Shown here one piece after another: positions 55,949 through 64,000 of a stretch of 64,000 nucleotides of DNA. The DNA comes from Parcubacteria group bacterium Gr01-1014_17 (GTDB lineage: Bacteria; Patescibacteriota; Minisyncoccia; Phycocordibacterales; UBA10002). Position numbers and translations under genes: made by a program. Below the pieces are notes generated by a model. It searched no databases. It worked only from the letters and a program-made list of their open reading frames with translations, and was not told the DNA's origin. The DNA is taken from NCBI GenBank assembly GCA_007376285.1, contig VMFZ01000001.1, positions 11,033 through 75,032 on the forward strand. Direction: 5' to 3'. Positions within the stretch are counted from its first letter, which is position 1; every line of letters starts with the position of its first letter.

Positions 55949-56472
55949 GGCTTACGGAAAATTATAGCATAATGATTAGAACCAGCCGCAATCTCTCTTT
56001 CAAACGCCAGACCCGCGCTCTCAAAAACCTCTTGCGCTTTTTGTTTGGAAACCACTGCAGAAGGCGCTGGCCCCGCACCGCCAAATGAGCCCGACCAATC
56101 AACCACGAGCGCTCTACCTCGCGGCTTTATAATGCGCGCGGCTTCGCGCGCAAGCCCTGTCTTGTCAAGCGCTTGAAACAAAATGTTCGCAATAATCGCG
56201 GCATCGCACGCGCCGCTAGCCAAGTGCGTCCCGTTTTCTTGCTCCGCATCGCCCCATACTGCTTCTATATTGTGCACGCTTTTTGAGCGCGCTTCGCGTT
56301 CAAGTCGCGACAAAAGTTCTTTCTGCACTTCCACAGCAAACACTTTGCCGTGCTCGCCAACTGCCTTTGCCGCGGCAAGCGCATACGCGCCACTCCCCGC
56401 GCCCACATCCGCCACACGCGAGCCGGATTGCAGGTCTAGTTGAGAAATGATTTTTTGTGGATTACTGAACAT
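55945..56472 (-). CDS. class I SAM-dependent methyltransferase
   Basis: motif I VADVGAGSGAYA, motif II, post-I acidic residue. Confidence 0.75.
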   Translation of the reverse strand: MFSNPQKIISQLDLQSGSRVADVGAGSGAYALAAAKAVGEHGKVFAVEVQKELLSRLEREARSKSVHNIEAVWGDAEQENGTHLASGACDAAIIANILFQALDKTGLAREAARIIKPRGRALVVDWSGSFGGAGPAPSAVVSKQKAQEVFESAGLAFEREIAAGSNHYAIIFRKP

Positions 56473-56567
56473 AAAGCTTTCGCTTTGCGCACCAGAAATT
56501 TCGTCCGCTTTACCCTCTCTACGGGGGTCCTACGCGATACGAAATTTCTGGTGCGCTTCGCTCAAGA

Positions 56568-59075
56568 TTATAGCACCGTCACCGACGCAATAGCATCGCC
56601 TTCGCGCAGTTTCATTATTCTAACACCTTGCGTTGCCCGCCCGAGGCGCGGAATTTCCGAAGCCGCAATCCGAATCACTTGGCTCTTCTTGGAAATCGCA
56701 ATTACTTCGTCCGTTTCTCCTTCGGAAAGCACGCGCGCGGCGATTACCCTGCCGGTCTTTGTTGTTACTTTTGCGGTCTTGATACCCGAGCCGCCGCGCT
56801 TTTGTGTTTTATACTCTTTAAAGTAGGTCGCCTTGCCGTACCCATTTTCAGACAGTATGAAAAGAGATGCTTGTCTTTCCGCCTCATCGGCGGATCGCCG
56901 AAGAGGCGATTTGACGACCACAACGCCCGCCACCGAATCGCCTTTTTTACCAAGCTTAATGGCGCGCACGCCACCGGCGCCGCGCCCCATCGCACGAATA
57001 TCGGACTCTCTAAATCGGATGGACTGTCCTGCTTCAGATACAACAGCGCATTCGTCGCCTTTTTCCACAAACGATGCGGAAATAAGCTCATCGCCGGCTT
57101 TCAGCGAAATCGCAATCAAGCCGCTTCGGCGCACATCATGGAAGCTCTCTGCCGCGATTTTCTTTCCGACTCCGTTTTTCGTCACCATCATCAACGCGAG
57201 CCCGGCGAGAGCTTTCGCCGCTTTTGGCATCGGCAAAATTGAAGTTACGCGTTCTTCGGATGAAAGCGAAAGAAAATTGGCGATGGATTTGCCGCGCGTC
57301 GCGCGTTTGCCTTCGGGAATTTCGTACATTTTCACCTTATACACCTTGCCGCGGTCGGTGAAAAACAAAAGGTCGCTGTGTGTCGTCGTGGAAAGCGTGC
57401 TCATTACAAAATCCTCTTCTTTCGTGTCCAAATCAACAACACCGACCCCGCCGCGCCGCTGCCGTTTATACTCATCGGGAGCGGTGCGCTTCACATAGCC
57501 GCCGCGCGTAAATACCAACACGCTTTCGTTGTCCGGAATCAAATCCTCGTCGGAAAGCTCGGCAACACCACCCTTAACAATTCTCGTGCGGCGTTCGTCT
57601 CCATACTTCTCGCCCACTTCCAACAGTTCTTTTTTAATAAGCGCGAGAATCTTTTTTGGGTGCGCGAGCAAATCAACAAGCTCGCCGATAAGCGTCTGCA
57701 CAGAAAGCAATTCATCTTCAATTTTCTTACGCTCCAAGCCCGCAAGCTTCTGCAGGCGCATTTCCAAAATCGCGTTCGCTTGTATTTCGGAAAGCTTGAA
57801 CGATTTCATCAAACCAGCGCGCGCCTCGTCTACATCCTTCGCATTCTTAATCAACTTCACAATCGCGTCAATGTTTTTGAGAGCAATCGTGAGCCCGAGC
57901 AAAATGTGCTCGCGCTCGCGGGCTCGCGCGAGGTCAAATTCGCTCCGGCGGCGCACCACTTCCTTGCGGTGCCCGATAAATGCTTCAAGAAACGCTTTAA
58001 GCGAAAGGGTTTCCGGCACGCCGCCGACAAGCGCGACACAATTGTAATGGAACGATTCCTCCAGTTGTGTATGCTTGTAGAGCGCATTTAGAATCTTTTC
58101 TGGGTACGCGCCTTGTTTTAGTTCAACCACCACCCGAATGTCTTTGGTTGATTCATCGCGGAGTCCCCGAATGCCTTCAAGTTTTTTGTCGCGCACCAAG
58201 TCCGCAATTCGCATAATAAGCTCTGCTTTGTTTACGCGATACGGAATGGAAGTAATGATAATCTGAAAGTGCCCCGCTTTTTCCTCAACTATTTCCGCCT
58301 CGCCTCGCACAACTACTGGCCCTTTGCCGGTTGCATACGCGTGCGCGATAGCTTTCGCGCCATAGGCAACGCCGCCAGTCGGAAAGTCAGGGCCTTTTAC
58401 GAATTGCAAGAGGTCTTCGGTGGTTGCGCTCGGATTTTCAATCAAATGCGCTGTTGCGCCCACGACTTCAGTTAAATTGTGCGGCGGAATGTTGGTCGCC
58501 ATACCGACGGCAATGCCGAGCGTGCCGTTCAACACCAAATTTGGCACCGCAGTCGGCAGAACGACTGGTTCTTTCCGCGTCGCATCATAGTTCGGTCGAA
58601 AATCAACCGTTCCTTTTTCAATGTCCCGCAACATATCCCCTGCGATACGCGACATTTTCGCCTCCGTGTACCGGTACGCCGCGGGAGCGTCGCCGTCTTG
58701 CGAACCAAAATTTCCTTGACCAATCACAAGCGTGTAGCGAAACGAAAATGTCTGCGCCATTTTGACCATTGCATCATAGACGGACACATCGCCGTGTGGG
58801 TGATACTTGCCGAGCACATCACCAACAACCGTCGCCGATTTTCTGGTCTTTGCGGCGGCCGTAAGCCCCATTTCGTGCATAGAAAAAAGAATGCGGCGAT
58901 GCACGGGCTTCAGCCCGTCGCGCACATCCGGAAGCGCGCGCGAGGTAATAACCGACATCGCATAGTCAAGATACGACTCGCGCATCTCCTTCACAATTTC
59001 GCGTCCCACCAGCTTTCCGCCAACCGGCACACCAGCTGGAAGTGGCCCACCTTTTGCCTTTTTAGCGTCTGACAT
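56568..59075 (-). CDS. gyrA: DNA gyrase subunit A
   Basis: [25 protein letters not shown] active-site region (Tyr-containing), GyrA-box beta-pinwheel C-terminal domain; 835 aa. Confidence 0.97.
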   Translation of the reverse strand: MSDAKKAKGGPLPAGVPVGGKLVGREIVKEMRESYLDYAMSVITSRALPDVRDGLKPVHRRILFSMHEMGLTAAAKTRKSATVVGDVLGKYHPHGDVSVYDAMVKMAQTFSFRYTLVIGQGNFGSQDGDAPAAYRYTEAKMSRIAGDMLRDIEKGTVDFRPNYDATRKEPVVLPTAVPNLVLNGTLGIAVGMATNIPPHNLTEVVGATAHLIENPSATTEDLLQFVKGPDFPTGGVAYGAKAIAHAYATGKGPVVVRGEAEIVEEKAGHFQIIITSIPYRVNKAELIMRIADLVRDKKLEGIRGLRDESTKDIRVVVELKQGAYPEKILNALYKHTQLEESFHYNCVALVGGVPETLSLKAFLEAFIGHRKEVVRRRSEFDLARAREREHILLGLTIALKNIDAIVKLIKNAKDVDEARAGLMKSFKLSEIQANAILEMRLQKLAGLERKKIEDELLSVQTLIGELVDLLAHPKKILALIKKELLEVGEKYGDERRTRIVKGGVAELSDEDLIPDNESVLVFTRGGYVKRTAPDEYKRQRRGGVGVVDLDTKEEDFVMSTLSTTTHSDLLFFTDRGKVYKVKMYEIPEGKRATRGKSIANFLSLSSEERVTSILPMPKAAKALAGLALMMVTKNGVGKKIAAESFHDVRRSGLIAISLKAGDELISASFVEKGDECAVVSEAGQSIRFRESDIRAMGRGAGGVRAIKLGKKGDSVAGVVVVKSPLRRSADEAERQASLFILSENGYGKATYFKEYKTQKRGGSGIKTAKVTTKTGRVIAARVLSEGETDEVIAISKKSQVIRIAASEIPRLGRATQGVRIMKLREGDAIASVTVL
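56879..56908. repeat. palindrome CCGCCTCATCGGCGGATCGCCGAAGAGGCG inserted in frame in the gyrA C-terminal domain (encodes ..[11 protein letters not shown]..)
   Basis: same element as in the rpmE tail and the SPFH 5' UTRs. Confidence 0.75.
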
Positions 59076-59189
59076 ACCTGTTTATTATAGCATAAAAACA
59101 AAGCGGAAACACCAAGCATTTTTCTCCTTCTATTCTGGGACTTGACGGATTATTGACATAATGCTATTCTTCCTCATAGAAAACAGGAA

Positions 59190-59555
59190 GTGCACAAGAT
59201 ATGCAATATGCAAAACGAACAAAATGAGAAAATCAAGGCGGAATTGTCCTTTAGAAAAACATCCGACGGTTACGAAACAACTGTAATTCATATACCTGTG
59301 GAAAATACTTGCCGCGGAGATGAAATCAAAGGGATGTTTGTGACGCATCCTAGGGTTGTGGTTTCTTTTGAAATCTCCGGAACAAGCTATTCCCGAAGGA
59401 AAATTGAAGATCTTTCCAAGCCAGATATGGTGGAAAGACTGCTGGTGGCGGGACCAGTAGTAATTCGTATATCTCATACGCCAGGTGCACCAATACCAAA
59501 ACTATCTTGGTTTACAAGATTGTGGATCAAATTCTGGTTGAAGTGCAGCCGCTGA
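59190..59555 (+). CDS. hypothetical protein
   Basis: ORF followed by terminator GACCCGTAAGTACTTTTGTACTGCGGGTC + TGTTTTTT; start uncertain (Met1 or Met7). Confidence 0.4.
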   Translation: MHKICNMQNEQNEKIKAELSFRKTSDGYETTVIHIPVENTCRGDEIKGMFVTHPRVVVSFEISGTSYSRRKIEDLSKPDMVERLLVAGPVVIRISHTPGAPIPKLSWFTRLWIKFWLKCSR

Positions 59556-59730
59556 AAACCGACTCGCGACCCGTAAGTACTTTTGTACTGCGGGTCTGTT
59601 TTTTATACAGCTATTTTGCAAAATACTGAAATACACTATCTATGGCGACCGCAAAAGTTAGTGTGCACGCATTTAGCATTAAGATACGGCCGTAGCTTAT
59701 TGCTACAAAATCCTACCCCAACCCCCTCCT

Positions 59731-60099
59731 TTATAAAGGAGGGGGAAATTCAAAGGGAGTGGATTTTATATCTTCCTCCTGCCTCTGAAATTCCACGGGT
59801 TTGCCGAAATCAAATCCTTTCCACAAGTCCCCGATTTTGCGCACTTGACTGGCGAGAAATATCGCCGCATCTGCCATCTCCGCTCTGAAATTTGAAAGTG
59901 GCCCGGCGACATCATCTGCCGGCACGCTTGAGGTTGCTTGCACGGTCTCGGCTATGCGCGGAGTATCACCAGACGGACTTCCCGAAAAATAAAACCACGC
60001 GCCTCCGATCGCTCCAGTCAAAAGAAGTGCGACAACAAACGCAATGCGCTCGTGGTGAGCGTTCTCGGGGTCGTTGAGTTTTTCAAACAATCCAAACAT
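59731..60099 (-). CDS. hypothetical membrane protein
   Basis: 122 aa with one TM; the 3' end runs into the perfect palindrome CCCCCTCCTTTATAAAGGAGGGGG (59715-59745). Confidence 0.4.
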   Translation of the reverse strand: MFGLFEKLNDPENAHHERIAFVVALLLTGAIGGAWFYFSGSPSGDTPRIAETVQATSSVPADDVAGPLSNFRAEMADAAIFLASQVRKIGDLWKGFDFGKPVEFQRQEEDIKSTPFEFPPPL

Positions 60100-60747
60100 T
60101 TAGCTTATTTTCAAAACAACGACTTCGCCATCTTTGCCTTCCACATCCTTTTTCTTGAGGGTCAGTTTTTCAACTGGCGCTGTTTTTTCCGCGCCGCATT
60201 CCTTCAAAAAATGCGTCAGTTCCTTATTTCCGCCTGTGGTGAGCACAGTCGAACCATAATGCATCGGCACGATAAGCGCGGGTTCCAGTGCGACCGAGAG
60301 CTTGTACGCTTGTTCTGCATTCAGCACCCCGTCGCCGCCAACTGGTATAAAAAGCACATCCGCGCCTTCCAACGCCGATTTTGTTGTAGGTGGAAGCGCG
60401 CCATCCGAAAGCGCGCCCAAAAACACAAGCGTCATTCCCTCCAAAGAAACTTTATAGACCGTATTATTTCGTTTTTCTCCTCCGTAACGAGTGTCGGTCA
60501 CAAATCCCCGTGCCGTAATGCCCTTAAGTTCATATTCGCCAGCGCTTTGTATCACAAACGGCTTGCGCTCGCCGAAAGAAACGCTTTCAACTCCGTTCAA
60601 GTCAGGGTGTGCGGCGGAAACAAACGCCACATCAGCGCCAAACTTCGGCGCTTTGTGTGCCGAAGTTTTTCCTGGAGGATTGAACGCGAGCACCAAATCG
60701 CCAAACTGGATTTTGAAACACTCTAAACCGTAATAAGTGATGACCAT
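60100..60747 (-). CDS. MBL-fold metal-dependent hydrolase (COG2220-like)
   Basis: 216 aa from Met19; GADVLFIPVGGD and HYGST-type metal-ligand blocks. Confidence 0.65.
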   Translation of the reverse strand: MVITYYGLECFKIQFGDLVLAFNPPGKTSAHKAPKFGADVAFVSAAHPDLNGVESVSFGERKPFVIQSAGEYELKGITARGFVTDTRYGGEKRNNTVYKVSLEGMTLVFLGALSDGALPPTTKSALEGADVLFIPVGGDGVLNAEQAYKLSVALEPALIVPMHYGSTVLTTGGNKELTHFLKECGAEKTAPVEKLTLKKKDVEGKDGEVVVLKIS

Positions 60748-60769
60748 ACAACCATCGTAACATTTCTTA

Positions 60770-61159
60770 TTATTTCGTGCATCCGCCCTGCGTACATACA
60801 ATAGTCACAGTGGGAGTCTCACCTGTCGCATTTATGGAAAAACTGCCATCTGCTGCACTGGTATCTTGACCTCCACTTCCGTATGTCCAACCAGAAGGCA
60901 AAGCACCGTATTTCGTTAAACTACCGTCGCCACTTGCGCATATTGATGCGTTTACCACTGGTGAAGCTAAGTCAATTCCATCATTTGCGCACAACTGCAT
61001 TGCGGTAAGCATATTGCGCATACTGGACTGCGCCGCCGCAATGCGTGCGTTTTTCCGCTGTGGTCCAAGCGCCGCGAGCACGACCGTCGCCAACAAGCCG
61101 ATAATCGCAATGACCACCAAAAGTTCAATAAGTGTAAAACCTTTACGCATTCTTTTCAT
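60770..61159 (-). CDS. type IV pilin / pseudopilin (prepilin with class III leader)
   Basis: MKRMRKG|FTLIELLVVIAIIGLLA prepilin peptidase cleavage and N-methylation motif with Glu+5. Confidence 0.8.
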   Translation of the reverse strand: MKRMRKGFTLIELLVVIAIIGLLATVVLAALGPQRKNARIAAAQSSMRNMLTAMQLCANDGIDLASPVVNASICASGDGSLTKYGALPSGWTYGSGGQDTSAADGSFSINATGETPTVTIVCTQGGCTK

Positions 61160-61189
61160 ATATGTTTTTAAAAAGATAATAAACAATTA

Positions 61190-61396
61190 TTAGAAACTAC
61201 CAAGTCCTATCCGCGCGATAATCGTGGTAACAATCAAAACGCCAATAAGCACAATTATCAAAACTTGATTCGCCTGCTTTTCGTCAGCGGCAAATCCATG
61301 CTTGATTAACCACCCTGTCAAACCTTGCGCTGTGCCGCTACTGGACACTGTCTCGCGGCGCATCCGCTCTTCTTCATTAAAATCAACTTGGACCAC
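61190..61396 (-). CDS. small hypothetical membrane protein
   Basis: 68 aa with a C-terminal TM; just upstream of the pilin gene. Confidence 0.3.
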   Translation of the reverse strand: MVQVDFNEEERMRRETVSSSGTAQGLTGWLIKHGFAADEKQANQVLIIVLIGVLIVTTIIARIGLGSF

Positions 61397-61450
61397 AGCG
61401 GTATTCTAACACCCGATGTTCCAGGACTGCAAACATTGGGTGTTTATAAC

Positions 61451-62419
61451 TCAAACTATTAGATTCGGCGGTGTTTTACCTTCAAAAAACGAAATAAGAT
61501 TGCGTGCGGCGAGCTCAGCCATCTCTTTGCGCGCCAACTCGGTTGCTGAGGCGATGTGAGGAGTGAGTACAACATTCGGGAGTTTCGCCAGCCCTTTTGC
61601 GAGCTTCGGTTCAAATTCAAACACATCAAGCCCAGCGCCAGCTATCACTCCTCGCCGAAGCGCCTCCACGAGCGCGCACTCGTCAACTACGGGCCCGCGC
61701 GAAGTGTTTATAAGATAAGCGGTCTTTTTCATAATCGCCAATCTCTCTTTGTTCATCAGATGCCGTGTCGCGTCAGACAAAGGAACATGAAGCGAGACCA
61801 CATCGGCGACCCGGAGTACTTCTTCAACGGTCTGGTAAAACACGGCTCCGAAGTCCTTTTCAAGTTTTTCGTTGCGCACGATATCGTAATACGCCACCTC
61901 CATCATAAATCCATTTCTTGCCCGATGCGCCACATCAGCCCCGATGCGCCCCGTACCGATAATGCCGAGTGTTTTTCCGGCAAGATTCGTGCCGTGCAAA
62001 AGCATCGGGTCCCAACCCTTATACTTTCCTTTCTTTATATAGACATCCCCCTCCACGATACGGCAGGTGAGCGCAAGAATAAGCCCCCACGCATGCTCCG
62101 CTACTCGCTCTGCACCGCCACCTGGCGTGTTGGTAAGCGTAACGCCCCGCGCCTTCGCCGCCGCGAGGTCAAAATTGTTAAAGCCGATTGCATAATTCGC
62201 AAAAATCTTCACCGACGGCGCTGCATCCATCACCTCAGCGTCAATCGCATCAGTCAAAAGCGAGAGCACGCTGTCGTAGTTTCCTTTTCGGAGCACTTTA
62301 ATAAGCTCTCGTTTAGTGAGCGGACGATTTTTAGAAGACACATCAACCGCAAAGTCATTCTCGCGAAGCAGAGCGAGTCCGTTTTCCGGAATCCTGCGCG
62401 TGACGAAAATCTTTTTCAT
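61451..62419 (-). CDS. D-isomer-specific 2-hydroxyacid dehydrogenase (glycerate/hydroxypyruvate reductase-like)
   Basis: NAD-binding GIIGTGRIG, catalytic RG..H/E residues; 322 aa. Confidence 0.85.
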   Translation of the reverse strand: MKKIFVTRRIPENGLALLRENDFAVDVSSKNRPLTKRELIKVLRKGNYDSVLSLLTDAIDAEVMDAAPSVKIFANYAIGFNNFDLAAAKARGVTLTNTPGGGAERVAEHAWGLILALTCRIVEGDVYIKKGKYKGWDPMLLHGTNLAGKTLGIIGTGRIGADVAHRARNGFMMEVAYYDIVRNEKLEKDFGAVFYQTVEEVLRVADVVSLHVPLSDATRHLMNKERLAIMKKTAYLINTSRGPVVDECALVEALRRGVIAGAGLDVFEFEPKLAKGLAKLPNVVLTPHIASATELARKEMAELAARNLISFFEGKTPPNLIV

Positions 62420-63279
62420 GTGTTAAATATCTTTAGTTTTTCCTCAACTACCTTTACTACAGAGTGCATCGGCTCTTTGAGATATTTATACGGCGCAAGT
62501 TCGTCTTGATTTTCTTCCAAACCGCGCACGAGCCCTTTGCGATATGCCGCCCTCAACTCCGTGTTTATATGCACGACCGCGACCCCTGCCGCAATTGCCG
62601 CGCGAATATCTTCCGCACTGTTACCAGACGCGCCGTGAAGCACAAGCGGAACGCCAGCCGCTTCGCGAATCGCGCGGATGCGCGCGATGTCAAGCGCTGG
62701 GTCTGCGCCGCCCTCTAACATCCCGTGAATATTGCCTACCGCAGGAGCGAATAAATCCACTCCAGTTTCTTGCGCAAACCGCGCTGCATCCTCTGGTGCC
62801 GTTAAATATTCTGGAGATATTTTTACTCCATCAGGAATTTTCTTAAGTATCTGTGATGCTTTTCCGATAAACCCAAGCTCGCCCTCAACTACCACATCGC
62901 GCCCTGACGCGCGCGCATACGCGACACATTCTTTCGCCATAGCGGCATTTTCTGCAAACGGCAATCCAGCGCCATCTACAATAACAGCGTCAAACCCAAC
63001 ATCTACCGCCTCTTTTACTTTTTCAAAAGAATAGGAATGGTCTGCGTTTAAAAATATTGGGTGGCCGTATTCATCGCGGAAACTTCGCACGAGCGCAACG
63101 GCCTGTGCGAGCCCAACAAAACTGCGCTCGCCTTCGGACAAACCAACAATGACAGGCACACCGACCGCTCGCGCTGATTGAACGATAGCGCGTAGAGTTT
63201 CTAAATTGGAAAAATTGAAATGTCCAATGGCGCGTTTTGCCACCTCCGCTTCTGCGATACATTCCCGCAAGGTTTGCAT
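62416..63279 (-). CDS. fba: class II fructose-bisphosphate aldolase (FbaA/TBP aldolase family)
   Basis: HFNFSNLE..VPVIVGLSEGE..DHSYSFE Zn-ligand blocks; strong similarity to the short Gram-positive FbaA type. Confidence 0.85.
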   Translation of the reverse strand: MQTLRECIAEAEVAKRAIGHFNFSNLETLRAIVQSARAVGVPVIVGLSEGERSFVGLAQAVALVRSFRDEYGHPIFLNADHSYSFEKVKEAVDVGFDAVIVDGAGLPFAENAAMAKECVAYARASGRDVVVEGELGFIGKASQILKKIPDGVKISPEYLTAPEDAARFAQETGVDLFAPAVGNIHGMLEGGADPALDIARIRAIREAAGVPLVLHGASGNSAEDIRAAIAAGVAVVHINTELRAAYRKGLVRGLEENQDELAPYKYLKEPMHSVVKVVEEKLKIFNT

Positions 63280-63302
63280 GAGATATAGTATAGCACAATT
63301 AC

Positions 63303-63385
63303 ATCCCTCCCTCCGCCTACTGGCGGAGTACTCCCCTCAAGGGGAGATTTTCTGAATCCCCCTTGGAAGGGGGTTGGGGGGATGT
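63303..63385. repeat. triple-hairpin GC repeat R2 in the fba/pfkB divergent region, ending GGGGGGATGT + TATAAT 7 nt before the pfkB ATG
   Basis: copy of R1/R3 lacking the first hairpin. Confidence 0.7.
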
Positions 63386-63397
63386 TATAATCCTCTT

Positions 63398-64000
63398 ATG
63401 CAACCATTGAAAAAAGAAAAAGTAAATACGGAATTCATAACCGCACACAAGAATGCAAAAACAAATTACCACTTCGTGCTTTGGTACGGCGCCGAGCGCA
63501 CGATTCTTGTTAAACACGAGCCCTATCAATACGCTCTACCAACCTTGCCGCCCGCTCGCTGGCTCTACCTTTCCTCAATCGGAAGCGGTACCGAAAAATA
63601 TCACGAGGATATTGCCGATTATCTTGCGAAAAACCCGTCCGTAAAATTCGCATTCCAGCCGGGAACATTCCAGATTAAACTTGGCACAGAAAAACTGAAG
63701 GGTCTGTACGAGCGCGCGGAGGTGTTGTTTGTAAATCGTGAGGAAGCGGAAAGAATCACATCCTCCGTCTCCCTTCGGGAGACACCTCCCTCAAGGGAGG
63801 AATTAAAATCCCCCTTTCAAGGGGGTGCCCGAAGGGCGGGGGATGTAAAAACCCTCCTCACAAACCTCCACGCGCTCGGACCAAAAATCGTATGCGTTAC
63901 TGACGGACCGAAAGGCGCATATATGGCGGATGAAAGAGGCGCATACTTTATGCCTCCCTACCCCGACCCCAAGCCGCCTGTTGAGCGCACCGGGGCAGGT
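63398..64000 (+). CDS. PfkB-family carbohydrate/ribokinase-like kinase (partial, runs off the window) with an in-frame 30-codon repeat insertion
   Basis: ALPTLPPARWLYLSS..LGPKIVCVTDGPKGAY..VERTGAGD (DTxGAGD anion-hole motif). Absent from the ORF track because it has no stop in the window; 603 nt = 201 complete codons. Confidence 0.75.
   Translation, partial: MQPLKKEKVNTEFITAHKNAKTNYHFVLWYGAERTILVKHEPYQYALPTLPPARWLYLSSIGSGTEKYHEDIADYLAKNPSVKFAFQPGTFQIKLGTEKLKGLYERAEVLFVNREEAERITSSVSLRETPPSREELKSPFQGGARRAGDVKTLLTNLHALGPKIVCVTDGPKGAYMADERGAYFMPPYPDPKPPVERTGAG
63760..63850. repeat. repeat R3 translated in frame inside pfkB (..TSSVSLRETPPSREELKSPFQGGARRAGDVKT..)
   Basis: near-identical to R1; exactly 90 nt. 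Confidence 0.75.

Noticed and set aside
1-64000. Alternative genetic code (UGA reassigned, as in some reduced-genome lineages)
   Set aside because: TGA functions as a stop in several confidently called genes (e.g. SPFH-B at 49400-49402, the MFS gene at 23149-23151, ddl at 20922-20924).
1-64000. IS element, transposon, prophage or integron (attC) interpretation of the repeat islands
   Set aside because: No transposase, integrase or phage structural genes are present in any frame. The palindromes do not fit attC core sites (GTTRRRY). Treated as MITE/REP/RPE-like small repeats.

Overview
This 64-kb window is a gene-dense, GC-rich (about 55%) bacterial chromosome segment. The gene content and small protein repertoire are consistent with a reduced-genome lineage such as CPR/Patescibacteria; that is an inference, not something I could test. 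Standard genetic code: TGA is used as a stop. No rRNA, CRISPR array, transposase or integrase is visible.

Core genes (mostly minus strand): rpmA, rplI, an S41 C-terminal protease, rpoD-dnaG, rpoC-rpoB, an ArsR-type regulator, lysS, greA, the mrdA-mreD-mreC-mreB rod-shape operon, proS, ddl, dnaX, a frameshifted serS, dprA, tsf-rpsB, prfA, rpmE, a PRTase, polX, gyrA, a class II fructose-bisphosphate aldolase, a D-2-hydroxyacid dehydrogenase and a partial PfkB kinase. Three tRNAs lie on the minus strand: Ala-UGC, Pro-GGG and Gln-UUG. A signalling cluster (FIST sensor, histidine kinase, dual-REC regulator, orphan REC) sits next to a LOG-family gene.

Accessory region, 46.3-55.9 kb:
- Three paralogous SPFH/band-7 membrane proteins, two of them followed by a duplicated 3-TM partner protein. 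Each SPFH gene has the same extended -10 promoter and leader.
- Six tandem VirB2/TrbC-like small pilin-like genes.
- A membrane-anchored solute-binding protein and a SAM methyltransferase.
- A type IV prepilin gene further downstream.

The most unusual property is the density of GC-rich palindromic repeats. At least five families sit at gene boundaries. Three copies are inserted in frame inside coding sequences (gyrA, the rpmE C-terminus, pfkB), as Rickettsia palindromic elements are. Two mosaic repeat islands form direct repeats around a 4.7-kb segment that carries a membrane-anchored ClpA/B-like AAA+ gene.

Coordinates derived by codon arithmetic from the ORF track are exact. Small motif coordinates read from the printed sequence may be off by 1-2 nt.
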